From: Bacilli bacterium
GTDB lineage: Bacteria; Bacillota_I; Bacilli_A; RF39; UBA660
Direction: 5' to 3'
Assembly (NCBI GenBank): GCA_028693965.1
Contig: JAQUUG010000002.1
Coordinates: forward strand, 1-37,441
DNA: 37,441 nucleotides
The notes beneath the pieces were generated by a model. The model was given only the letters and a program-made list of their open reading frames with translations. It was not told the DNA's origin and made no database searches. Shown here piece by piece: positions 7,497-16,327 of the stretch. Position 1 is the first letter of the stretch. Each line of letters begins with the position of its first letter. The translations under genes were made by a program, and so were the position numbers.

Positions 7497-8609
7497 ATGT
7501 GTTTTTTGTTGAATGATTATATAGGTATAATAAAAATTGCATTGTTGATTTTTCCGTTTATAGCGTTATTAATAAGTACCCCTTTTATATTGATACAATA
7601 TCATAAGTATGGATCAATATCTTTTTTTAAAGCAACATTTATATATTCACTTGTTTTATATTTAATTTGTGCATACTTTTTAGTAATATTACCATTACCA
7701 AAAATAAGTGAAGTAGCAATACTTACAACACCAAGAATGCAATTAATCTTTTTTAATTTTATTAATGACTTTATAAGAGGAACGTCATTTAATATAACTA
7801 ACATACATTCTTACTGGCCAGCATTAAATGAATCTTGTTTTTATGTTCCAATTTATAATATATTTTTAACATTGCCATTTGGAATGTATTTAAGATATTA
7901 TTTTAAATGTGATTTAAAAAAGACAATTATATATACATTTTTATTAAGTTTATTTTTTGAATTAACTCAATTAAGTGGTTTATATTTTATATATCCAAGG
8001 GGTTACCGATTATTTGATGTTGATGATTTGCTATTAAATACATTTGGTGGGATAGTTGGCTATTATATTTCTAAACCATTAATTAAAAAATTACCTTCCA
8101 TTGAAAAAAAGAATTTAGAAGCAAAAGAAAAAGGTAAGAAAATATCTGGATTTAAAAGGATGACGTTGCTTTTATTTGATTTATTTATTTGTATTGTAAT
8201 TGAAATGTTTTTAATTATTTGCTTTTCTAGTTATATTAGTGATATATATTTAATATTATCTTGTTTTATTATATATTATTTTATAATACCAATATTTTTG
8301 AAATGTAGAACCTTAGGAGCAAAATTTTTAAATCTCCAAGTGTTAGATTATAATAATAAAAAAAATGTTTTAAGATTTCTTTATAGAAATACTTTATTTA
8401 TTACAATATATTTTGTAATTCCATATTTGAGTGTTTTTTGTATAAATAATTTAAATATTTCTGACAACATGAGAGAATTTGTTGGAGCAATTTTTATGGG
8501 TGTGATTTTAGTAGTATATATGGTATCATTAATTAAATATTTCTTTACAAACAAAAAAATGTTATATGAAAAAATTAGTAAAACAAAATTAATAAGTACT
8601 ATAAAATAG
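7497..8609 (+). CDS. VanZ-like domain fused to RDD-family domain, polytopic membrane protein
   Basis: N-terminal half has the VanZ pattern (FELTQL...RLFDVDDLLLNTFGGIVGY). C-terminal half after a KK-rich linker has an RDD-like start (GFKRMTLLLFDLFICIVIE) plus 3-4 TM. ATG 7497 abuts AAAGG, so TTG 7506 or 7509 may be the true start. Confidence 0.6.
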   Translation: MCFLLNDYIGIIKIALLIFPFIALLISTPFILIQYHKYGSISFFKATFIYSLVLYLICAYFLVILPLPKISEVAILTTPRMQLIFFNFINDFIRGTSFNITNIHSYWPALNESCFYVPIYNIFLTLPFGMYLRYYFKCDLKKTIIYTFLLSLFFELTQLSGLYFIYPRGYRLFDVDDLLLNTFGGIVGYYISKPLIKKLPSIEKKNLEAKEKGKKISGFKRMTLLLFDLFICIVIEMFLIICFSSYISDIYLILSCFIIYYFIIPIFLKCRTLGAKFLNLQVLDYNNKKNVLRFLYRNTLFITIYFVIPYLSVFCINNLNISDNMREFVGAIFMGVILVVYMVSLIKYFFTNKKMLYEKISKTKLISTIK

Positions 8610-8767
8610 GTTGATATGTCAATTTTTATACATTAATTACATTTATATATTGGCTTTCAAATAAACTTGAGAAAAAGAATATTACTGGCAAATATTTTGG
8701 TGAAAAAAATTAGAATTGATGCAATAAAATGATATTAATATACGTTATTATTATGAGAGGTGGTAGA

Positions 8768-9307
8768 ATGAAGTTAATTAATTTATCATTAAATTCCGGA
8801 ATATGTGATTCATTGATTAATAAAATTGCAAAAGGTGATGAACGAGCATTTGATGAATTATACGAAAAAACAAAAAGAATAGTATTTAGTACAGCCCTGT
8901 CAATAACAAGATCAGTTAGTGATTCTGAGGATATTACTCAAGAAGTTTATGTTAGAATATTTGAAAAAGCAGGATCTTATAAGGATAAAAATAAGCCTCT
9001 CGCTTGGATATATGCCATAACTAAAAATCAATCTATTTCAGTAATAAGAAAAAAGCAAAAAACACAAGAAATTGAAAACATGGAAGATGATATCAGATTT
9101 TCCAACATCAGTAATAATATAGATAAGTTAATCTTAAAATCAGCTTTGGAAATTTTAACTGAAGAAGAATTACAAATAGTAATGCTACATAATTCTGGGC
9201 TAAAACATAGAGAAATAGCTACATTATTGGATAAACAATTATCAACAATATTATCAAAGTATAATAGATCATTGTTAAAAATGAAAAAATATTTGGAGAG
9301 TAAATAA
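8768..9307 (+). CDS. ECF-type sigma-70 family RNA polymerase sigma factor
   Basis: Region 2 (DITQEVYVRIFEKA...PLAWIYAITKNQSISVIRK) and region 4 HTH (LTEEELQIVMLHNSGLKHREIATLL). RBS GAGAGGTGG precedes ATG 8768. Confidence 0.8.
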   Translation: MKLINLSLNSGICDSLINKIAKGDERAFDELYEKTKRIVFSTALSITRSVSDSEDITQEVYVRIFEKAGSYKDKNKPLAWIYAITKNQSISVIRKKQKTQEIENMEDDIRFSNISNNIDKLILKSALEILTEEELQIVMLHNSGLKHREIATLLDKQLSTILSKYNRSLLKMKKYLESK

Positions 9308-9318
9308 AGGAGGAATTT

Positions 9319-10527
9319 ATGAAAAGTTTTTCTAATAAACAAATTGAAAGAAGTTTGAAAAAATCAATAAGTAATATAACTTCACAAAAAATGTCCCCTA
9401 ATATTTTAATTGATTATAAGGAGAAATATAAAATGAATAGAAATAAATTATTTTTATCGTTGTTTTTAACAACAGTTACAGTTTTTGTTGCAGTCTTGGG
9501 ACTGGGAATAAATTATTATAATAAAAATTTAAGGATTAATTCAAATATAACAATAGATGTCAATCCAAGTATAATGTTATCAACAAACTTTTATAACAAA
9601 GTTATAAAAGTTAAAGCGTTAAATGATGATGGTGAAGAAATATTAAAGGATATAGACGTTAAAAATTTAACTGTTGAAGAAGCCGCCAATGTAATAATAG
9701 ATGAATTAATAAAAGAAAGTTATTTAGAAGGTGATGGCGCTAATTTATTATTTATGGTTCAAAATAATGATTTAGTAAAAGCACAAGCTATTGAAGCTTC
9801 ATTATTAGAATCAGTTAATCAAAAATTGGATGATGAGTATATTGCTGGAACAGTGATTACTCAAGTTGATACTATAAGAAAAAATATTGATGAAGATATT
9901 AAATCATTAATGGATACTTATGATATATCTTATAGTAAAGCATTATTTATAAGTAATATTATGGAAAAAGATGCAACTTTAACAATAGAAGAGTTAGCAA
10001 CTTTAAAAATCAGTGAAATTAGTAAATTATTAAGTGATAAAAATATTGATATAGATGATATTGTTGGTCATAATAATGATGATAGTATGTATGAGAGTGC
10101 TGCATTAATACAAGCTAAAAAAAGACTGGCTGAAGCAGAACAAACTAAAACTCAAGCAGAAAATAAAGCGCAGAGTTTGGATGATGAATTGCAACAACAA
10201 ACAAAAGCTGGACAAAATACTGATGCTATAGAAAAAGCTTATGAAGAAGCAGAACAAGAAAGAATAAGAGCAGAACAAGAGGTTTTGGCAGCCCAAAAAT
10301 CATATGAGGAAGCAGAAAAAAATAAAGGTAATACAACACAAAATACAGAAAATAATCAAAATAGTAATAGTGAAACAACTAATTCTACGTCAAGCAGTAA
10401 CCAAAAAAATTCAACAACATCAAGTGATACCAATGGTAACGGAGAAAATTCAACAACATCAAGTGATACTAATGGTAACGGAGAAAATGGTGCTGATAAT
10501 TCAGCAAGTAATTCTAATAAAAATTAA
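9319..10527 (+). CDS. putative membrane-spanning anti-sigma factor with coiled-coil and S/T/N-rich tail
   Basis: Starts 12 nt after the sigma gene with RBS AAGGAGG. Short cytoplasmic N-terminus, one TM (LFLSLFLTTVTVFVAVLGLGI), an extracytoplasmic domain, an E/Q/A-rich coiled coil, and a low-complexity tail. Confidence 0.55.
   Translation: MKSFSNKQIERSLKKSISNITSQKMSPNILIDYKEKYKMNRNKLFLSLFLTTVTVFVAVLGLGINYYNKNLRINSNITIDVNPSIMLSTNFYNKVIKVKALNDDGEEILKDIDVKNLTVEEAANVIIDELIKESYLEGDGANLLFMVQNNDLVKAQAIEASLLESVNQKLDDEYIAGTVITQVDTIRKNIDEDIKSLMDTYDISYSKALFISNIMEKDATLTIEELATLKISEISKLLSDKNIDIDDIVGHNNDDSMYESAALIQAKKRLAEAEQTKTQAENKAQSLDDELQQQTKAGQNTDAIEKAYEEAEQERIRAEQEVLAAQKSYEEAEKNKGNTTQNTENNQNSNSETTNSTSSSNQKNSTTSSDTNGNGENSTTSSDTNGNGENGADNSASNSNKN
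10408..10485 (+). repeat. 39-bp tandem repeat x2 inside the anti-sigma tail (NSTTSSDTNGNGE x2)
   Basis: Units 10408-10446 and 10447-10485 differ at one synonymous position (acc/act). Confidence 0.9.
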
Positions 10528-10745
10528 ATATTATTATTTAATTTACAAATAATGCTATATATGTAATGACAAAACATTTGCTATTTTTGTTTATCAGCCC
10601 TTTTGTTCTACTTCTTATGATTTTAACAATTATATCACAGATTTATCAGATGATGCTGTTTATTATGAATCTGTGCAAAATTTAAAAATATGGTTAACAA
10701 AATCTATTTTATTAAAGTAATCTTTGGATTTTGATATGGATATTT

Positions 10746-10772
10746 AAACTGTCTAAAATGGACAGTTTTTAA
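10746..10772 (+). terminator. intrinsic terminator following a gene fragment
   Basis: AAACTGTC-TAAAATG-GACAGTTT followed by a T-rich tract. Confidence 0.55.
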
Positions 10773-11102
10773 TTGCATATGATTGATACTAATTTTTAAT
10801 AAGTAGGGTTGACTGTTGTAGATAGAACTTTGTAATAGTAAAACAGCTTAACATTTTCAAAAATGTTCTTTCAATTAATTATGTAATTATGCTGTAACTT
10901 GTATTTTAAAAGTATTAAATATATGATAAACTTGTATTAGTGAGGGTGATGCAATGATTACAATAAAAGATGGAACGCTTGAAAGAATTGCAAAGAAAAT
11001 AAGCTTGATATTGTATATGGAGATATTTCTTATGAGAAATCAGGAAAACAATTATTTTTATTAAAATATTAAATGGCTAAAATGTAATTTAGGAGGATAT
11101 AT

Positions 11103-11282
11103 ATGTTTGAAGACAAATTATTCGAGTATTTAGTCGCAACAGATCAAATAAATGAAGTTTTTATATCCGATGAAAAAGATTTGCAAAATCAAAAACAAGG
11201 TGATATACAAAATGTAATAATTCAGCAAGTTGAACAAAAAATTACAAAAAATACAAAAGAAAAACAAGATAAAAAGATGTGA
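11103..11282 (+). CDS. hypothetical 59-aa acidic/K-rich protein
   Basis: Strong RBS AGGAGG lies 7 nt before ATG 11103. MFEDKLFEYLVATDQINEVFISDEKDLQNQKQGDIQNVIIQQVEQKITKNTKEKQDKKM. No recognisable family. One residue below the ORF-track cutoff. Confidence 0.4.
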   Translation: MFEDKLFEYLVATDQINEVFISDEKDLQNQKQGDIQNVIIQQVEQKITKNTKEKQDKKM

Positions 11283-11319
11283 TATGTTGTAATTAGAAAA
11301 ACCATGGTAAGGAGTAAAA

Positions 11320-12647
11320 ATGATTTACGGAATACAAAAATATAATCTAGTTAAACTTGAAATTATTATTGATAAAAAAGTAGTGACTATGAAAAATTAT
11401 ATAAAAATAATTTTAAAAAATACTTTTATTATAATTCAAGTAATGAGGTGTAGAAAAAGAAAAAATTATTAAAAATTTCCTTTGATCTTACATTACTTTC
11501 TTTAATACCCATACTATTATGGTTTGCCCTAAGTCTATTGATAGATAGAAGTTTAATTAATGTATTTACTTTAATCTATCCAATACAATTTATTTGGTGC
11601 ATTTGTAAATCAATTTTTTCAACGGGCGCAAACATAAGTAAGAAAAAAGATAAAAATAATAATGCTACTATGTCTGGAATTATGTTAGGATCAATAATAT
11701 CATTTTTTATTTTTGCATTTTTTATTATGAATATAGATAGTTACATAAATTTTATGAATATGGACATTGATAACTATAAAGATTTTGCAATTTATGCTAT
11801 TATACAATTATATATTCAACTTATTTTTAATTTTTATATTGAAAAGTTATATTATGAAGAAAAAAATACATTGGCTAATAAATATTCATTAGGATTTAAT
11901 ATGTTAAACTTTATAGTGCTTGTGATAACATCATTAGTGTTTAGAAGTAACCATTTTTTAATAATATGTATAACCTTGAGGGCTATTTCAATATATACAA
12001 TGGTAGTAATTATTAGACAATCAAATTATTTTAAAATAGAATTTAAGCTACTAAAATATATAAAATATGATTCTGTAGAATTATTTAAAAGTGTTATTTT
12101 TTTCTTTATTTTTTTGTTAGGAGTAAATCAAGTTTTAGAATATGGCGAAGCATATGCAACTGCTTTTGCATTTATATCTCTTATTACTGATACGCAGGAG
12201 GATGTATATAGTGCTATCGTAGTATCTTCAAAAATAGACATTGCTAAAAATAATTTTAATTATAAAGAACACCTAAAAAATGCCTATAAATTATTAGGAT
12301 TATTGATATTATCTATTTGCACTATGTTTTTATTATTATTTAACTTATATGATTTAAATATCAATATAGTAATTATATTACTAAGTATTAAATTAATAAA
12401 TTTATTGATATATTCACTTTAAATAATAAAAACTTGTTTTTTACAATTAGAATACTCAGCGTTAAAGACAACTGGAAATGCAATGGTTGTAACTACAACA
12501 AGATTAGCTTTTTCCTTTTGGGAAAATCCATATTGTACTGTAGTTGGACAGTTATACTCGTCTTTATATCAACTCTTTACTATAAACTACAGGTTTAATA
12601 AAAATTATAAGATTAATTTTTCAGAAAATGTCCTAAAAAGGGGATAA
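11320..12647 (+). pseudogene. disrupted polytopic membrane protein (family unassigned)
   Basis: Three consecutive pieces. Piece one is 11320-11472 (RBS AAGGAG). Piece two is open from 11454 to 12422 in another frame; the two overlap within the A-rich tract AGAAAAAGAAAAAATTATTAAAAA. Piece three is a 74-codon in-frame continuation (12423-12647) after a single TAA at 12420-12422. Confidence 0.4.
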
Positions 12648-12960
12648 CCTAAGTATTTATAATAAAAAAGCAATGATAAATATGAAATTGAAAAATTTAA
12701 TCATTATATAAATCATAATTTGCTAAGAACTTTAAATTTTTAAAAAATTAATCAAAATTATAAAGATAGAGGCGTTACTTTTAGAAAATAGTTTTTAGTT
12801 AGAAAGCTATTTTATCTTATTGTAGAAGATTAAATAGCTAATAAAATATGCTAATGTTTTCTGAAAATGCTTTATTTACACAAAAATGACACATTTATAG
12901 TATATAATTAAATGAGTGGGAGTTAAATATTTTCCCTGAAAACAAAAAAAGGAGAAAAAA

Positions 12961-13986
12961 ATGAAAGAAAATTTACAAAAATATGGTGTGGTTATTGGAA
13001 TAATATTTCTTTTAGCTGTAGTCTTGGTGTTAAGCAACCAAGGAACGCCAACTGAACTAGTTTTAGGTGATTACCTTAATCTTGATGTTGAAGTTACTTT
13101 AGTAAGTGTGAGTGATGAAGATGTTACTAACGGCGTTATTGATGATGTCGTAGCATCACAAGATGATGTTGAAATTACTGATAGGGCGGTTCGCAGTGGT
13201 GATACTGTTAATATTGATTATTCAGGAGCAGTTGATGGTGAAGTGTTTGAAAATGGAACGGCAACTGATTATGATTTAGAAATTGGATCTGGCGCTCTTG
13301 TTGACGGCTTTGAAGATCAAATTATTGGACATGATGTTGGTGAAACGTTTGACATAAATGTGACATTCCCAGATTCATATGATGAAGCTTTAGCTGGCAA
13401 AGACGCAGTATTTACTATTACTATCAATTCAATAACAGGTAAAGAAATTCCTGATGAAATAACAGATGATATGATAGCTGAAATATCTGATGATTATGAT
13501 AATGTTGCTACTTACCGTGAATATGTTAGAGGTGTTTTAGAAGAAGAAGCTGAAGAAGAAAATGAAACTCTTAAACAAGATGCTGTTTGGGCCAAAGTAG
13601 TGGATAACACTACAGTAGTAACTATATCAAGTAAAAAAATTGACTACTATGAAAACCTTTATAAGAATAATTATGAGTACTATGCAGAGGTGTATGGAGT
13701 TACATTATCTGATTTAGTTACAACATATATGGGTATGACTATGACAGATTTTAATATTGCAAAAAACAAATATGCTACTGAACTGGCAACTGTTTATGAA
13801 ATATCAAGTGCAATAGCTGATGAAAAAGATTTAAGTGTTTCTGATGAAGATTATAAAGATTATTTAGATGATAATGATATGACTGAATCTGATAATGCTG
13901 ATTATGAAGAGGCTACTAAAGATGAATTATTATATCAAAAAGTGATAGAATTAATTGCAAGTAATACTAATTTTATAACTGAATAA
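12961..13986 (+). CDS. membrane-anchored trigger-factor-like FKBP-type peptidyl-prolyl isomerase
   Basis: RBS AAAGGAG. N-terminal signal-anchor YGVVIGIIFLLAVVLVLS replaces the ribosome-binding domain. The TF PPIase core GDTVNIDYSGAVDGEVFENGTATDYDLEIGSGALVDGFEDQIIGH and a TF-type C-terminal arm domain follow. Confidence 0.75.
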   Translation: MKENLQKYGVVIGIIFLLAVVLVLSNQGTPTELVLGDYLNLDVEVTLVSVSDEDVTNGVIDDVVASQDDVEITDRAVRSGDTVNIDYSGAVDGEVFENGTATDYDLEIGSGALVDGFEDQIIGHDVGETFDINVTFPDSYDEALAGKDAVFTITINSITGKEIPDEITDDMIAEISDDYDNVATYREYVRGVLEEEAEEENETLKQDAVWAKVVDNTTVVTISSKKIDYYENLYKNNYEYYAEVYGVTLSDLVTTYMGMTMTDFNIAKNKYATELATVYEISSAIADEKDLSVSDEDYKDYLDDNDMTESDNADYEEATKDELLYQKVIELIASNTNFITE

Positions 13987-14020
13987 AAAAAGCTTCTCTT
14001 TAAATTAGAGAAGTTTTTTA
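13985..14020. terminator. bidirectional intrinsic terminator (TF-like gene / Crp-Fnr gene)
   Basis: A-run, CTTCTCT-TAAATT-AGAGAAG, T-run. Sits between convergent genes. Confidence 0.65.
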
Positions 14021-14683
14021 TTGCATTATTTTATATATTTCTTTTTCGTTTAAGATAGTTATTTTATTTCGACTTAATTTAATTAACTTTTCTTTTTCAA
14101 ACATTTTAAGAAGACGACTAATCACTTCACGGGCACTACCAAGATCTTTAGCAATTTTTTCATGAGTAATATCAATAACATTATTATTTGTTTCCTGTTC
14201 TAATAAATAAGCAGCTAATCTCTTATCTAAACTTTGAAAAACAAATTGTTCAAAAACCCACATAGTATCAGAAAAACGCGATGTTAAAATATCGTTAATA
14301 TAGTTAGCTAAAATATTATCTTCTTTAATTAATTGTTCATAAAGTTTTGTTTCAATTAAAAATATGTCACTATCTTTATCAGCACTTAGCTCAATATCAA
14401 AAGTTATGTTTTTCATTAAACAAGAGGCTGAAAAAACACATATATCATTAGGAAAAAGCTTGTATAAAGTAATTTGTTTACCACTTTCTGATGCTAGATA
14501 GGCTCTAATTATACCTTTTTTGACAATGATTAATCCAAGGCAACTCTTTTTACCACCACTAATTAACTCATCTTTTTTATAGTGAATAAAGATACCGTTA
14601 TTTAGTAATTTATCTTGGGTATTTTGTTTAAATTCATTCCAAAGGGGAAAACTACTTTTGAAAAATGTTAATGTGTCTTCCAT
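14018..14683 (-). CDS. Crp/Fnr-family transcriptional regulator
   Basis: N-terminal cNMP-binding beta-barrel region and C-terminal HTH ITHEKIAKDLGSAREVISRLLKMFEKEKLI. RBS GGAGATGA upstream of the ATG. Confidence 0.85.
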   Translation of the reverse strand: MEDTLTFFKSSFPLWNEFKQNTQDKLLNNGIFIHYKKDELISGGKKSCLGLIIVKKGIIRAYLASESGKQITLYKLFPNDICVFSASCLMKNITFDIELSADKDSDIFLIETKLYEQLIKEDNILANYINDILTSRFSDTMWVFEQFVFQSLDKRLAAYLLEQETNNNVIDITHEKIAKDLGSAREVISRLLKMFEKEKLIKLSRNKITILNEKEIYKIMQ

Positions 14684-14792
14684 AATGCTTCATCTCCATT
14701 ACTACTATTATAACATTATTAAATATTATGTGACATTGTTACTGAAAAATAATGTCAAGTTTAATATAATATCTATGCAAGGAGGAAATAAT

Positions 14793-15101
14793 ATGGAAAT
14801 AAAATATGCCAATGATAATAATTTTGATGAATTAGTTTTTAAAAGCAGTAATACTGTGTTAGTAGATTTTTATGCTGAATGGTGTGGACCTTGTAAAATG
14901 ATGGGTCCAGTGTTAGAAGACATGGCCAGTAACAGGTATCTAGATATAATCAAAGTCAATGTTGAAAATAGTCCTTTATTAGCTGCCAAGTACAATATTT
15001 ATAGTATTCCAACATTAATGTTAGTAAAAAATGGTCAAATCGTTAAGATGGAGCCAGGTTTTAAACCTAAAACATTATTAGAAAGATTTATTGAAGATTG
15101 A
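14793..15101 (+). CDS. trxA: thioredoxin
   Basis: RBS AAGGAGG lies 6 nt before ATG 14793 (the track start 14658 is an upstream extension). Contains VDFYAEWCGPCKMMGP and YSIPTLML. Confidence 0.9.
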   Translation: MEIKYANDNNFDELVFKSSNTVLVDFYAEWCGPCKMMGPVLEDMASNRYLDIIKVNVENSPLLAAKYNIYSIPTLMLVKNGQIVKMEPGFKPKTLLERFIED

Positions 15102-15397
15102 TTTTAAAAAAATTAGATAATAATAACTTTAGTGACTTTATAAATAGTAAAGAAAATGTTTTAGTTGAGTTTTATACTGATTGGTGTAAATATTGTCAAA
15201 TAGTAGATACTTTTATCACAAAAGAAAATAATAAAACAATAAAATTAGGAAGAGTTAATATTGATCAAAATCTAGAATTAGCTTGGAAACATCAAATTGA
15301 TAAAGTTCCTACTTTTCTTCTTTTTAATAGTGGAAATATTTTAAAGAAAAAATTAGTGATATCAGAGAAAGAGTTTGAATATTTAATTAATGAATAG
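15098..15397 (+). CDS. thioredoxin-fold protein with atypical WCKYC active site
   Basis: TTG start overlaps the trxA TGA stop. VEFYTDWCKYCQ and a cis-Pro context DKVPTFLLF. Confidence 0.65.
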   Translation: MILKKLDNNNFSDFINSKENVLVEFYTDWCKYCQIVDTFITKENNKTIKLGRVNIDQNLELAWKHQIDKVPTFLLFNSGNILKKKLVISEKEFEYLINE

Positions 15398-15440
15398 TAA
15401 GGAGATTGATTTATGCACTTGAAAAAAAGATTAAAATTTT

Positions 15441-15471
15441 AAAGGTCAGTAGTAAACTGATCTTTTCTTTT
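15441..15471 (+). terminator. intrinsic terminator after the thioredoxin pair
   Basis: AGGTCAGT-AGTAA-ACTGATCT (one G-U pair) followed by a T-rich tract. Confidence 0.5.
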
Positions 15472-15670
15472 GTCTACTTTTCCACATTTTCCCATAATTC
15501 TTTCAAATTATATACATAATTAGCTAGTACAATGTTAATTAATGGAGGTGATAAATGGAATAAAAAAGGATATAAAATTTTAATTATGTAAAACCAAAAC
15601 AAACTCCTAATTACGAAAAGTGAGGTGATAAGTATTAGATAAAGTGTTATACTAGTATCGAGGTGTAATT

Positions 15671-16327
15671 ATGTATAAAATTTGTTTAGTAGAAGATGAG
15701 GTTGATTTAAATAATTTGATTAAATCTTACCTTGAAAGAGAAAATTATGAAGTAATTAACTTTTACAGTGGCGAAGATGCATGGCAAAATATAGATAAAC
15801 AATTTCATCTCTGGATATTAGATATTATGTTAGGTGACAGTATTAGTGGCTATGATTTGATTAAAAAAATTCGTGATGTATCTCCTAATGTGCCAATTAT
15901 TTTTACGTCAGCTCGTGATCAAGATTTAGATAAGATCATTGGATTAGAACTTGGAAGTGATGATTATGTTACTAAGCCTTATTCCCCTAAGGAATTAGTA
16001 CTTAGAATCAATAATTTAATTAAAAGAACATATGGTAATCTTTTAGAAATTATAAGTTATGATAATTATCAAGTTGATCTAAAAAAACGAACTGTCTATG
16101 AACTAAATAATGAAATCAATTTAACGACTTTAGAGTTTGACCTTCTATCCTTCTTTCTAATTAATAAGGGACAAACATTTAGTAGAGAAGTTATTTTGAA
16201 TAAAATTTGGGGCGAAAATTATTTTGGAAGTGATCGTGTTGTTGACGATTTAATTAGAAGAGTGCGTAAGAAAATGCCTAAGATTAAGATAAATACAATA
16301 TATGGATATGGGTATAGATTAATATGA
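15671..16327 (+). CDS. OmpR/PhoB-family response regulator
   Basis: Receiver domain (LVEDE, phospho-Asp context WILDIMLGD, TKPYSPKEL) plus winged-helix output (LTTLEFDLLSFF...YGYGYRL). Confidence 0.9.
   Translation: MYKICLVEDEVDLNNLIKSYLERENYEVINFYSGEDAWQNIDKQFHLWILDIMLGDSISGYDLIKKIRDVSPNVPIIFTSARDQDLDKIIGLELGSDDYVTKPYSPKELVLRINNLIKRTYGNLLEIISYDNYQVDLKKRTVYELNNEINLTTLEFDLLSFFLINKGQTFSREVILNKIWGENYFGSDRVVDDLIRRVRKKMPKIKINTIYGYGYRLI

Noticed and set aside
12420-12422. In-frame TAA codons (also 36055-36057) as programmed read-through or recoding.
   Set aside because: TAA is the normal and most frequent stop here. There is no downstream recoding structure, and both genes sit in visibly decaying regions with other lesions. 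Simple nonsense mutation is the economical explanation.
15541-15590. Apparent strong RBS (GGAGGTGA) followed by a short peptide upstream of the two-component system, a possible signalling peptide.
   Set aside because: On careful reading the frame is ATG GAA TAA (15555-15563), that is two codons. There is no peptide gene.
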